From positions 3,626,123 to 3,690,122 of the forward strand of contig MU053557.1 of NCBI GenBank assembly GCA_013239625.1: a DNA stretch of 64,000 nt, given 5' to 3'. Every line of letters starts with the position of its first letter. Position 1 is the stretch's first letter. The notes under the pieces were generated by a model, which was given only the letters and a program-made list of their open reading frames with translations, searched no databases and was not told the origin of the DNA. Positions 11,791-24,470 of the stretch are shown here, one piece after another. A program made the translations under genes and the position numbers. This DNA is from Lama guanicoe. Taxonomy: Eukaryota.

Positions 11791-12747
11791 TGGCTCTCTA
11801 AGGCCATTTATGAATATTAAAGTTTGTGTGTGTATCTTAAAAAGTCAGGAAGGAAGGAGGATTTTGCCAAGTGTAGTCCTCCATATTGCTGTTCAGGACA
11901 ATTCCCAGTGGTCATCAGGTTTCCCCAGAGGAGGCAGCACGATTTAGTAAAAGAGCAAGGGATAAGGTGCAGTCTGTGGGAGTCATCAGACATTGAGCAA
12001 GTCCTGGCCCTCAGTTTCTGCGTCTGTCAGAGGGCATGGAGTCAGCCTGGTGACTCTGTCTGGAGTGCTGGGTTATGTCTGAGCTGTGTAGGAACCTAAT
12101 GTCAGAAACGCCTGACCCTGCGCTGGTGCCCGTGAAGTTCAGAGGCGAACTCCAGTGCTCTTCTTGTTTGACTGGGAGACGGTGCTTTCCCCCATGGAAG
12201 CTGGGCTTCCTCTCCCAGTGTAAGGATTTGGAAAGTCCTACATTTGGCTTGAAGAGGGCCTACTGACATAGATTAAGTGCCCAAACTTGTCCCACTTGCT
12301 TAGAGTGTGGGTTTCAAAAATGTGACCAGAATCTGGAACAAAGCCCAAAGCTAGTCTCAACAGGTATTTTGAGGTTGTCTCTTCTCTCGAGTTCCCAAGC
12401 CTTTCGTGCGAACCAGAGGAGCATTTCTTACCACATTCTAGTTTCTAAAGTTTACTTTCCTGTATACTGATAAATGGAGACTGTGTGAGTGAGCATAGCC
12501 TTGTTTAGTGCAGTGGGAGAGGAAGGCGGGTGCAGCCACCTATGCATCGACAGTTTCACACAGGGGACTCCCCTGACGAGGACAGTAGGCATGGTGGAAG
12601 GGGTCCGAGGTAATGGAGGAGAGGCTACTGGTCGCATTCTAAGAAGTTCTTTTACTCACCTAGATTCGAGACAGAGGCTCAGGTACAGGAACCACACAAA
12701 GTCCTGCTTCTCTGGCAGTACAATGCAGTTCTCGGGAACATGGATTC

Positions 12748-13097
12748 TGAGGAAGGCAAACCCAGATCCAGACCTGGGGGAGGAGGTTATTGAGAGGACA
12801 TGACTGCCAGTTGACCTGGACCCGTCCTTGGAACGTATGTTCCACCCCCCCCCCACCCCACTCCCATTGCTGGAGCCATTTTTCAAGCCACAGCCTTGAA
12901 AGAGTCATGTGTGGTTGAGAACTGGACTGGATATGCCATGACTAAACCTTCTTCAAGGCTTCTATATAAAAATTTAAGATTCTGGTAGGCAGGTGCAGAG
13001 ATCTACTCATTTTGTGGCCCCCAAAACAAGCCTTGAATGTAAGTTCCCTTGCTTAGTGAGCCTGCCATCTACCAATCTAGAGTGGTCTGCCTCTTTC
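12748..13097 (+). mobile_element. ERV LTR, 3'-truncated
   Basis: Starts tgaggaagg; TATA-like ctatataaaa near 12962; LTR-type R/U5 sequence gtaagttcccttgc...cctgccatctaccaatc. Confidence 0.65.
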
Positions 13098-13149
13098 ATA
13101 GTCACTCATATATTTTGATAATTCAGCAAGAGATTTTGAAGCTATATGG

Positions 13150-13830
13150 TACCATGAAAAAAAGAGTCTATCTGACCTCTGTTCAAATCCTGATTCTGCT
13201 AATTGCCATTTTGGAGAAAGTTATTTTAAGATCTCTGAAACCCTACAAGTTTATCAAGATTTAAATGGATGGTTTAGCATTAGGTGGCTGTAGAGTGTGA
13301 GCAATGTGAGCAATTACATTATTATTAGGGTCCACCTTATATAAGCCTTCAGTAATAATAACTATTATCATTGCTAATGTAAAATGTTGAAGTTCTAAAT
13401 TACAAATACATGAAGAAGTCGATAAACATAAACCCAGAGTGGAAAAATGACTTATCCAAAGTTATAGAAATGTGGGGACTGGATCCAAGTTCTCCAAACT
13501 CTAAGCCAAATGTTTTTGCCTCTGTGTACTCAGCAGTCTCCATGACATGGGGTTTGAAGCACATTTGAACAGTGGGAAGCATGGTGACAAGTCCCATGGA
13601 ACCCAGTAGACTTGCAGTCAGAGATCAAAGTTAAAATCCGATTCTGCCACATACAGACTGCGTGAACTTGTGAAAGCCATGCACCATCTATGAACCTCCT
13701 TTCCCTCAGCTTGTAAAGTAGTGGTAATGACCCTTGCCTGCTTTCTAGGAAGGTTTTGAAGCTCAAATGAGATGAAAAAGAAGTTTGAAAATTGTAAAGA
13801 GCAGCAGGTGTGTGAGGGCTTTGTATTTGT
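13150..13830. mobile_element. Cluster of three MIR fragments (+,-,+)
   Basis: MIR core motifs at about 13150-13400, 13410-13530 and 13580-13830. Confidence 0.6.
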
Positions 13831-15129
13831 ACTACGTATTTAAAAATGGCAAGGGAGCATAATTTGCTTCATATTGGTTTATCAGTATTCTGAAAGTGAT
13901 GTGTATGACCAGTTTTTTGAGGAAAAGGGAGTAGCAAATGGGATAAGACTTGCTCATCCCAGCAAGGTAGTTGCGTATATGGACACCTGTGACAAATGTT
14001 GCTCTAACCAGAATAAACCTGGGGACTCTAGCTGGCTGAAGTTCTCTGTGCATTCATCTCCAAAGAAACCAAGTGTAGCGTCCAAAGGTCGTTAAAGGGA
14101 TTCGGTCTTGACTTGAATCTCTCGGCAGACATCAGCAGGGATTTAATTCATTCTCAGTCCATCTACAGTCCTGCTTCCCCCGGTCCCTCCCAACCTTCAC
14201 ATTGCTCACACTCTGCAGCCACCTCAAGCCTTTAAATCTTCACTACTAATCCTGCATGAAGCTCTTCTTGATAAAAAGACAAAACAAACCAAAACTGAGC
14301 CTTAGTGACTCTTCATTTTTCTTTTCCTCTCTTATCCTTTAGCCTCTGTAATTTATGCTCTTAATTGGCTGAATAGTTGCCTTTCTCTCTCTTCACTTCT
14401 CCACGTGTCCCTCTTCTCATTTGCCAATTTTATATCCAAAATGGGTGAGAAACAGAACAGGACCACGCTGAATCTGTCTTTTGAAGCTGGGGACGGATTG
14501 AGGTGTTGTGAAAAGCCCAGAACAATGCAGATTTTCCTTAATACGATGGGGAAAGGATAAAAGATAATAAACACAGAAATCCATATATACATAGTTTAAA
14601 TTTATTATAGTTTGTTTCCATCTCTTTGAGGTAATAACTGAGTTAACTGTGAAGATACAGGGATTTGAAATTTGTGTTATGGCACCAGACATAGAGTAGT
14701 TAGCTGTAGGAAGTTGCTAATTTTTTGGTGAACACCCATAAAAATTTTCCCTCCATATTTTCTTTAGGTATTTAAGTGCCCCTCTTGGGCTCTGAATTAG
14801 TGCTACTGACCAAACCACCTATCTAATCTTTATATTTTTTATTTTACTTTTAAGATCCACTCTCTTAGTAACTTTCAAATATGTGATACAGTATCATTAT
14901 TTATAGTCACCATGTACTTATTTACACCAAGCACTTACATATGTATCCCCATGACTTATTTACTCTTCTTAAAAACTAGCTTAAAGTTGTTCTTGGAGGA
15001 AAAATGCCATTGTTTAAAATAGTGACTCCCCACCATGGGGCCTCATTTTGAGTTGCATTGCTTAAAGAGGGCTTAGCTGAACAAGCCATGCTGTATTGCT
15101 GAGTGTCACGTTGTGGATAAATAATGAGC

Positions 15130-15670
15130 TAGGCTGGTGTAATTGGTACGTTACAACAGCATTTGGGCCAAAATTCTTGGATTAGAATTTTTGCTCTGCC
15201 ATGTACGAGCTGGGTGATGTGGGCCCCTTACTCTGTGTCTTAGTTTCCTTTGTCAAAGGGGATATTCTACCAACCCCATGGTGCTTGGTATTATAAGCAT
15301 TACAAAGAGCTTCTAAAATGATGTCTTTGTATATCGCAGTTTGAAGGCTTTACCAAATAAAACTAGATTACTAGATAAGAACAATCCAAATAGCAAGTAT
15401 GAATACAATTATTAATAAGATAGTAATGGCCAGCATTTTTTGAATGCCTAGCTACGGCCAATACTGTGCTGCATTCTTTACATGAACTATTTTATTTGCT
15501 CTTCACAACAGTCCTTTGTATTGAATGCTCTTATTATGCTCAATTATCTCAATTCACAGATGTGGAAACTGAGACGGACTGATGTGTCCAGAGTTACACA
15601 TCTAAGGAAGGGCAGAGTTGAAATCAAATCTGAGTCTCATGTTACAACATGTCATCTTAACTGTTCTAAG
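15130..15670. mobile_element. Two MIR fragments (+ then -)
   Basis: gctctgccatgtacgagctgggtgatgtgggc and cacagatgtggaaactgagac cores. Confidence 0.65.
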
Positions 15671-16534
15671 ATGCTGTGAGAGGGATGGGCAAGGAAATAA
15701 TACAGGGAGAAGACAGTGTGTGTGTGTTCTTGTGTTTGTGTGCACGTGTGTATTACACACAAGGGGAGTGATAGGAAGGAATGTGGTGGAGGTATGGTCA
15801 TTGTCTTCAGATTGCTCAATAGTCATCACAGGGAAAGAAACACTGCTTTTTTTTTTTCCTAAATGACTCCAGATGTTATAATATTTTGAGTGAATACATT
15901 TCTGCCCTTTTACATAGAGTAATTTTCTAGTAGCCAAAGTTGCCCAAATAGGGAGTGATCTGCCCCTGGAAATAATTACTTTTCATTAGTAGAGTTACTC
16001 AAGCAGAGTCTGCTGATACTTGGTAGAGGTAGTGTGGGGATTGTGTCTCACTGAGAAGCACCATTAAGGTGTTTTCAAATCTCAAGAGTCCATCTTTCTA
16101 TAGTAAATTTCAAAATGCAATCATTTCTCTGGACTGCAGTAGACTTCATGGCAGAAGTGATCCTTTAACTGGGTTTATGTATTAGATAGGACACTTTTGA
16201 TGACAAGTAGAATAAAAACTGAAGAAAAAAAGTTAATTATGAGAATCAGGAGGTGTCTCAGGAATCCCATAGGCAGAAGAAAGAGCTGAAACTAGGGCCT
16301 GGAATATCATCTCTCCTCCCTCTCCATTCTGAATTTATGTTCCTGCCTGTAGACTGTATTTCTTTCTTCTTTACTTCTTAGTAGAACAGCCTTCTCTTGG
16401 TTCCTCTGTCCACTTGGCAGGCGGTAGATACACATTTGGCTGTTTCTGAGCTGACATGTCACAGATACTGCAATATTGAGAAAAAGAGAAATCTTCCTTT
16501 TGGTTTCAATTCCAACTTTTTATTTGGCGATACA

Positions 16535-17682
16535 TTTTTAAAAAATTGAGGTAAAGTTCACATAACATGAAGGAAACAACTTTAAACTGCAATTCAATGG
16601 CGTTTAGTACTTACAGAATGTTGTGAAACCATCACCTCTATTTCAGTTCCAGAATACTTTCATCAAAGTATTCTTTACCAATTCAGCAGTCACTCCTCAT
16701 TCCCCTGCCTCCAGGCTCCCTCAGTCACTAGTCTGCTGTCTGTCTCTATGGATTTACCATTCTGAGTATTTAATATGAATGGAATAATACACTATGTGAC
16801 TTTTTGTATCTAGCTTCTTTCACTTAGTAAATGTTTTCAAGGTTCATTCATGTTGTAGCAAGTATCAGTATACCACTCCTTTTTATGGATGAATAATTTC
16901 CATTGTATAGATACACCGTTTCGTTTTTCAGTTCATCTGTTGGTGGATATTTGTGTTGTTGCCACCTTTTGGCTGTTGTGAATAGTGCTGCAGTTTTTGT
17001 CAGAATACCCATTTTTTAACTCTTGGAGCACATCCTAAGAGCAGAATTACTGGACCATGCGGTAACTTTATGTTTAACTTTTTGAGATACTGCCAAACTG
17101 TTTTCCACAATGGTTGCACCATTTTACACTTTCATTAGCAATGCGTGACGGTTCCAATTTTCTACATCCTTGCCAAAACTTATTTTCTTTCTTCTTTTAA
17201 AAATATTATAGCCATCCTAGTAAGTGCAAAATGGTATATCATTGAGGTTTTGATTCATATTTCCCTATAACTAATGATATGGAGCACCTTGTTCTTGTTG
17301 GCCAATATATCTTCTTCGGGGAAATGTCTTTTTAGTCCGTGGGTCGTTTTTTTTTTAATGTGTGTTTCTTTTTCTTGTTGAGTTATAACAGTTCTTTTTT
17401 TTTTTTTTACAAATTAAAAAAAATTTTATTACTATTTTTAATTGAAGTATAGTTTTTACAATGTTGTGTTTCTGATGTACAGCAAAGGGATTCAGTTGTA
17501 CATATATATATATTTATATATACACACACACATACATACATAAATGTTTTTTTGTTCATATTCGTTTCTGTTATAGGCCATTAGAAGGTATTGAATATAG
17601 TTCTCTGTGCTGTACCGTAGAACCTTGTTGTTGAGTTATAACAGTTCTTAATATATTTTGGATAATAGTCTCTTATTAGATA
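16535..17682 (-). mobile_element. L1MB 3' portion; a short piece resumes at about 20958
   Basis: aattgaggtaaagttcacataacat...ctgccaaactgttttccacaatggttgcacc; after the ERV the L1 sequence tttgatgaagtccaa resumes. Confidence 0.85.
17397..17627 (-). mobile_element. Artiodactyl-type L1 3' end with long TSD
   Basis: The 22-nt direct repeat ttgttgagttataacagttctt occurs at 17375-17396 and 17628-17649; poly(T) head followed by aattgaagtatagt. Confidence 0.9.
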
Positions 17683-18340
17683 CAGTCAATTCTCATTATT
17701 TACAGATTCTATATTTACAAATTTGCCTACTTGCAAAAAAATTTTTATAACCCTGAAATCAATATGCTTTCATGGTCATTTGAATCCATGTAGAATAGTG
17801 AAAATTTAGTGGCCAGAGGCACACATCTCCAGGTGAGTTTGAATAAGGTGTCACTCTGCCTTCTTGTTTCAGCAATCGTACAGAGATGGCCAGAGGATAT
17901 AGATGGGGGTGGGTGGGCAATGCAGTGAAGTGCAAGAAGCCCCAGCTTGGGGTGGGGGATGGTATAGCTCAAGTGGTAGAGTGCATGCTTAGCATGCATG
18001 AGGTCCTGGGTTCAATCCTGGTGCCTCCATTGAAAAACCAAATAAGTAAATAAATCTAACTACCTCCCTGCTGCAAAATTAAAAAAAAAAAGTCTAAAAA
18101 AATAAAAGAAGCCCCAGCTTGGGGTCAGGTGGTCAGAGTTTGAATCCCAACTCTGCACCTGTTACAAAAGTGGCCCTAGGCAAGTCACTAAACTCTCCTG
18201 AACTATTTCCTCCTTTTTGAAATAAAGAAAATAGAATCTGCCAGGATGAGTTATTTTTAGAATTTAAGATTTTAATCCTTGTGATATATTTATGGAAGGA
18301 ATACATATAAAGAAATGATATACATATATCTATATGATAT
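17683..18340 (+). mobile_element. TcMar-Tigger element (MER82-like)
   Basis: TA followed by the terminus cagtcaattctcattatttacagattctatatttacaaatttgcctacttgc. Confidence 0.7.
17954..18105 (+). mobile_element. tRNA-Ala-derived camelid SINE (Vic-1 type)
   Basis: tRNA-Ala(AGC)-like head gtatagctcaagtggtagagtgcatgcttagcatgcatgaggtcctgggttcaatcc with A and B boxes, an A-rich tail, and the direct repeat aagaagccccagcttggggt at 17934-17953 and 18106-18125. Confidence 0.9.
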
Positions 18341-18345
18341 GTTAC

Positions 18346-20630
18346 ATCACCACATATTGCAAAGAATAGAACCTCCAGGGAACTTTACATCACCCAGATC
18401 AGGGTTCAAGATCTGTGAGAAATAAGAGGGCCTGTCATAAAACCTCAAGGGATCACTGTCCAGGTGAACTGATGTTCTTCCCAAGTGAAGGCAAAAAGAT
18501 ATTAAACTAGCTTCATTAACTGGAATACTAAAGGATGCACTGCATACATCAGTTACAGTAAAGAATTTTCTTCCAATGGGAATGAGTGTTAATAGCATAT
18601 GAAGATTACGGATGACAGGGTGTCAAGGGATAACAATGTTGTTTATAGCTTGGAGGTCGTGGACAAACCTCCATCCTTGGCCTTTAGGTTTCCTCACTGT
18701 TGTGAGAGTGTTAGAGGGACTAGTACCAGGGATAATGAGGTCTTGAACTTGCAGACTTCTATTATGGGCTTTATGTCTTGAAGGGCTTCTTTACTTAACG
18801 GGAATTGAGTAATTATGGGGAGAGGTTTTGACGGATCTGTTTGAATCTTGATGGGAGATGTGCTGTGAATTTTGCCAATATCACTCAGAGACTTTGCCCA
18901 AAAGAAAGACAGCAGCTGATTCAACAGACACTCACAATCAATGTTTTCAGAATCATCTCTAGTGTAGTCATAAATGGAGTAAATAAAAGATGTGAAAGCA
19001 TCATTTGATTAATCTGGTTGGCTGCTTTGATTTCTACTGTCAAATTCTAGAATTATTTCCCCCTTTTCAGCATGATACTTCTGTAAAAAGTCTTGGCCTA
19101 ATAAATGGATAGGGGCAGAGGAACTAAGGAGAAAATGGTGTATCTCAAAGAGGCTTAATAAAAGGAAACAGGTTCAGAGACAGGAAGCTTTTGAGGTTCA
19201 TTAGTGATCCCCTCTGTTTGAATTATTTTAGACCTCCAAGGCAGGGGCTGTTTCACTGTAGCAAGGTTGAGCACCAAGAGTGTGGGTTTGGTGTCAGTTA
19301 GGACTGGAAGAGATTCCTCCTTAATCTGGAAAAATGCTTCTCCCAGCTGATTAAGGGGAAGGTTTGGGAAGAGCCCTGTCATTGAGAATGGGAGGATGTT
19401 GGAAAGGCTGGAGGCAACTAAAGGGCTTACATATGCAATAATTTTTTTTTTTCCTGTTGTTCTGACTCTTTACAATAGCAGCAGAAACTAGGAGGTTTTG
19501 GTTTTGCTTAGGGGCTTCATTTGCTGGAATTGAAGATTAAGAATTTTAGCTATCTCCCTTTGAGGTGACTTATTCACAGTGAAAGCTGCTCTGCCAGATT
19601 AACTAAGCCTGGAGTGCGCATGGTTTCCCATTCCATCCAGGTCCTTTTTACTAGAAGGGAAGGGTCCCCAGTTCAGCACATTAATAAACATAGCATTAAA
19701 AGCTACCTGGGTGGAATCAACATATAAAGGAATACCAGAATTAAAAAAATAATAATGTGAAGTCAGTTGTAATGGACATGACAAGATTAATCAGATTTTT
19801 GTGTGCAATTCTCAATTTTGTTTCAGTCAGTAGGCCTTGGAATCCTCAAAATACCAATGGAAACACACATTCTATTTAGTTTTATATAGTTGTTTAATTT
19901 AGTCTTGAGAAGAGTAAGTTTGGGATTCTCAAAATTTTCACATATTAGCCACTGGTATTCTAAATTGCCTTTGGTTAGTTGGTTCGTTTAGTTAGGAGCA
20001 CATATGAGGAAGGACTGTGGTTTTTAAATGTAAGTTCAGCTGCCGTCCCTGTAGGAGGAGTGCCATCAAAATATCTGGATAACTGGGGTTCATTTTCCAT
20101 TTCTCAGAGGTTTTCCTCTAAAGAAATAGCATAATTTTCAAACCACCTAAACAGCTTACAGCTCAAACAGCTTATAGCTCAAATAGTTCACATATCTCAA
20201 ATAGCCTGTAGGCCTACTACCAGCTGTTTCAAGAGAAACAGAGTGGTCCTGGAGGGGACAAGCTGAAGGCCTCTCAGCTCAGTCCCCATAGAACAGCCCT
20301 CATTCCAAAGGAATGGTCCAAAGGCTGAACCGGTTCCAAATGGACAATCTAATTTCAAATCAGATTGAAGGGCCAAATGAGCACTCGGATGTAGAACAAG
20401 ACTTTAACTAGAGAAGATGAAACCTTGAAGTTGATCTCAAGTAAAACCTGGAGAGCTTCAGAATGCAGAGTGTGGAAGCTTACATCCAGGAGAAAGGCGT
20501 ACCTTTAAACTCAAAGGTGGGAGAAAATAGCGATGAGTAACAATGGGCTTCTTGTGGGTACTGTACCTGTTTATCACCAGCCCTGGAGTCATCAGGGGTC
20601 TTCTCTGAATCCTTGTATATGCCACCAAAA
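18346..20630 (-). mobile_element. Class I (ERV1) endogenous retrovirus internal region: leader, gag, protease, N-terminal RT; decayed and truncated
   Basis: Protease-like VLTDTKPTLLVL (DTGA site decayed); RT start PIKIQTDPSKPLPIITQFPLSKEALQDIKPIIE; RT motif FFTVTDVCSASFSIPV; sequence ends at a LQYV(D)D-like motif. Confidence 0.9.
20610..20627 (-). promoter_or_regulatory. Retroviral primer-binding site, probably tRNA-Ile
   Basis: TGGTGGCATATACAAGGA lies 3 nt downstream of the LTR end; it matches 13/18 to TGGTGGCCCGTACGGGGA (recalled), with most mismatches at or next to CpGs. Confidence 0.6.
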
Positions 20631-20957
20631 TGTTAAACTAAAATAAACAGGCTGCCAGGTATTTCTCCAGCAAAAATCGGTTTATGTGGGATTAGAATTG
20701 CAATTCGGGATCTGTAGCCATGGTTGACAAGCCGTGCGCAAGTCCCCGAACAGCAAGGACAGGAGAACTCTTTTATAGAGAAGAAAAGGAAGTCTAGGGG
20801 ACTGTAGTAAACAGAGTCCATGGCTTTTCATTGACTGAGTTGTTGCCTAAGGAGTTTTCTTCGTATTGGGCTCTGCTGTTGTTGCAGGGCACGAGAGCTC
20901 CCCCTTCTGGTCTCCCAAGTCTATTTAATTGGGGTTTTTGTTAATTAAGTTTTTACA
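20631..20957 (-). mobile_element. 5' LTR of the ERV
   Basis: TG...CA termini (tgttaaac...ttttaca); minus-strand TATAAAA; abuts the PBS. Confidence 0.85.
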
Positions 20958-22789
20958 CCTTTGATGAAGTCCAAGTTGTTTAATCTTTGTTTGGTGGCTC
21001 CTAACTTTTGACGTTTACTTCGTTTAGCTCAGTCATAGGCGAAGCCGCTATGCTTTGGTGTGTGGGATCCCACTCACTGACAAGTGGCTACAGCAGCGCA
21101 GAGGTTGATTGATTGACCCAGTGTTGTACAGCTAACGAGGAGCACAGTTGAGAATGCAACTCACACCTAATGTTAAAACCAGTAATCTTCACTTCTCTAA
21201 TTATGCAGAGAAGGAATCATTCTGGCAAATTCAAGGTGATCCACTGTCTCTCAAAGAGTGGGTAGCATTTAGATAAAGAGAAAAGGAGAACGTTTCCTTG
21301 TAGGGGATTCTTGTTTGTAGAAGACATATTCAGTTAGAGCAGATCAGTATAAAAAGGGAACCACAAGCCCAGTTGCCACCTCAGCTTCTTTGTTCCATGT
21401 GTTTCACCCTGGCACCCTACCTCAGATGTCCCTAATACCTAGCGGGCTTGGCAGCTGTTACCACTAATTGTGGACACAAGAGGATGCTAAAAGATCTCTG
21501 TTCTTGCTCCTTAGACCCAGGTATAGAACATTTATGTTCTCTTTCCATTAATGCCATTTCCATTTTCAGAAAAGAACTTCAATCACAAAACTGAGGAAAA
21601 TCTTAATAGAGATAATGAAAATATAGCCTAATGTACAAATGTTTAGATTTCAAGATGACCTGAAGTATACTCCCAGTGTTGCTAAAGATTTTATGCCATT
21701 TTAGATGAATGTAGCAGAATTTCATAACTAGAAAGAACACCTGAGATTATCTTTTCTCTTCTCCCTTTCTACTCCTGACCTTTTTCCTTCCTGGGACACT
21801 TTGTTAACTGCAGTCTTTTCAGTTTGGAAAATATAAGCAAAATACAATTAGGGTGTGCCTCAACTTCAAGTAAAAGGATGAAAAAAGATGCATTATGCAA
21901 ACAGAAACCATAAAAACACTGGAGCGGCTAGACTAATGTCAGACAGAATAGTCTTGAGAACAGAGTATGTATGGACTGCAAAGCATAAAATATGTAGTTT
22001 CTGACCCTTGACAGAAAAAGTTTGCTAATTCCTGGTCTAGATTTTTTATTACATTAAAAAAATCTAATTATTTAAAAACTTTTTTTGTGGTATGTTTTAT
22101 ACTATATGTAATTTGTGAGAGTTGAATAAATATTCTCTATAAATAAAATATACTTAATTTCACATCCATGTGCAGAAATGCTTTTCTGATCAAAGTGTTT
22201 AATCATACATTTTTGGGAAACATTCTGTCTAACCATATTGTTTTGCAAGTGAAAAAAATAAAATCCTGAATGGTAAAATGATTGTTCAAGGTCCCAAAGC
22301 AAGTAGTTGGCAGAGTCAGCTGCAGTATCCTGCCCTTTTCACTGTATCATTTTAGAAACATGCCCGTCCCATTTTTTGCTATCTTCCATCCTTGGGTTTC
22401 TGAAGTAAGGCTCACCGGTGATGACTTCAGATTCTATCACTAGACCCACCATGTAATATATTCAAAAATCCTTTTCCTAGTCTTTTTATGGGTCTTGGTA
22501 TGTTCTGGCCATGTGAGTGCTTTTTGGGCTCCAGAGAGAAGTTGAGGCACACCCTAAATTCATCCCAATGTCTTTGCTGAGCTAACAAATATCTCACAGA
22601 CAGATTAAGCCGAAATCTGCACACACTGTCTGGCACAGGATATCCTTTGCTTTCGGAATGTCGTGTCAGGAACAAGATGAGAAAAGTTTCTGTAGTTGAC
22701 TTTCAACTTTCCTAGTTGGAATGACACAGTTTATTTAGGAAAGTCACATGTCAAGAAGGGCACAAAAAAATTGTGCATATTCAAATGAG

Positions 22790-23040
22790 CTCCAGGATGA
22801 TGAACAGTAAGAACCAGCATGTCTATGAAGAAGAGTAGAAGGAACTGGGTGGTACTTAGCTCAGAGATGACTCAGGTGCCCAGATGATTTCTTTCAAGTA
22901 TCTTAATGACTGTCCTGGGAAAGGAGGAACTTAGCCGTTCTGTAAGCCCCGATCTAGGACTTGTGGGCAGAGTGTGCTGGGATTTAGACTTGAGCTTACT
23001 AGTTAGAGATGTCCGATGATGCACTGGGTGTGACACAGAC
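22790..23040 (+). mobile_element. CR1/L3 fragment
   Basis: tatgaagaagagtagaaggaactgggt (YEERLKELG-like) and tttcaagtatct (FKY) motifs. Confidence 0.55.
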
Positions 23041-23049
23041 TTTGCCATC

Positions 23050-23990
23050 AAAGAGATGTATACTTCCTGGTTTCATCTCTTATTGCCCACATGACCCTGG
23101 AAATTGTGGTTAGGAAGAGGAATAATAGTTTGCAATATTGTTCATATAGCTCTGTTTTTTTCCCCCTCTCCTACATACCCTTGTACCTCATGCATTCACT
23201 GCCAGCTTTTACTGTCAGGATGTTGAAACTCAAGGCCGAGAGAACAGTTTGAGAAAAAGGATTTTGAGTACCCACAGTCTGGCTTTTAGAATCAAAGGCT
23301 AGATGTCTGAAATAAAGTAGAATATAAAGTGCATGTTGAAACAGTAGTTTTGGAAAGACAGAGGAGTCATCCAGCAGTGCCCCCTAAGACCAAATGAAAA
23401 TTTCATGGGCTAGAAGTTAAGACGTGGAGGAAAGACAAAATTGAGGGAGGAAGCTGGTGGAGCCTAGCCTAGCTGGGCCCTAGTGGGGCCCAACATATCT
23501 AAGGGAATCAGGGGAAGAGCTGAGGAATTAGCACTAAGACCCATCAACTACCAGCAGAGAAACACTATATCTGTCACAAGATGGGAGTCAGGTCATTTAT
23601 GCACATCACAGGATCACATTAGACGCTTGAACCAGTGTTGTAAATCACCCGTGCCATCCAGCAGTCCTCATGACATCCAGTAAAGACCTCCTACTGAAAC
23701 ACGAGCAGAGTGCTGGTCATTGTCCTATGAGAGTAACAGCTGTTTGGGATCCAGATTTTGCTCAGCTCCATCCAACTTTGCCTGTATGGAAGCAACTTTT
23801 GTTCACCAGGTATATACCAAGGCCTTGCTGAGATGACAGGAGGTTCCTGCACACCTGTTGGAGGAGTGATTACGTGGAAGGGAAGTCTCACCTCAGCACC
23901 TTGGCAGGAATGAACAGAACTGGTCTGAGGTCTCATCTGCTTCACCCCAGCTGCCTTGAAAATAGCAGTTCTAGTTACATGTTAACCATA
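23050..23990 (+). mobile_element. Possible ancient LTR (Gypsy/ERVL-like)
   Basis: LTR-like composition with an agtaaa poly(A)-signal-like motif near 23679; family not confidently recognised. Confidence 0.3.
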
Positions 23991-24312
23991 CTTTTACCCT
24001 TTCCATTTGGTTATCGTTAACTTTTTTCGAACTTTTTATTGTTACTGTTATTGTAAATTATACAATTAATAATTATTTTAGAAGGTTGCTGTGAGATTAA
24101 TTGAGATAATACATAAAAATATTAGAACATTGTCTTAGGTTATGTTCAGTGAATGAAAGATGTTATCATTCAAGAGATGATGAGATCATAATCCCTTTTT
24201 AATTGTTCTTGTGAAACTTGAACAGTTATGAACACCTGCTGTTTATGTGGTAAAGGACATTAACATTTCTGTATATGACAGCGGTCTTAGAGACTGATTT
24301 GTCAGTTTAAAT

Positions 24313-24470
24313 CCACTGTTTTTCAACCTGCTGAGCGTGGGCTAGTATAGGCTGGCTGTATAGAATAGACCAGGAGAGCTTTTAAAAGGGCGTAAGTCTG
24401 GGCCCAAATCCAGATAATCTGATTTAGTAGATCTAGAGAATGGTTCAAGATTGTGTGTTAATAATAAGCT
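24313..24470. mobile_element. MER5A-like hAT-Charlie MITE
   Basis: cactgtttttcaacc...ctgggccc...tctgatttagtagatct motif order. Confidence 0.6.

Noticed and set aside
17954..18029. tRNA-Ala gene
   Set aside because: It has an extended G-rich 5' end, an A-rich tail and TSDs, so it is a SINE head rather than a tRNA gene.
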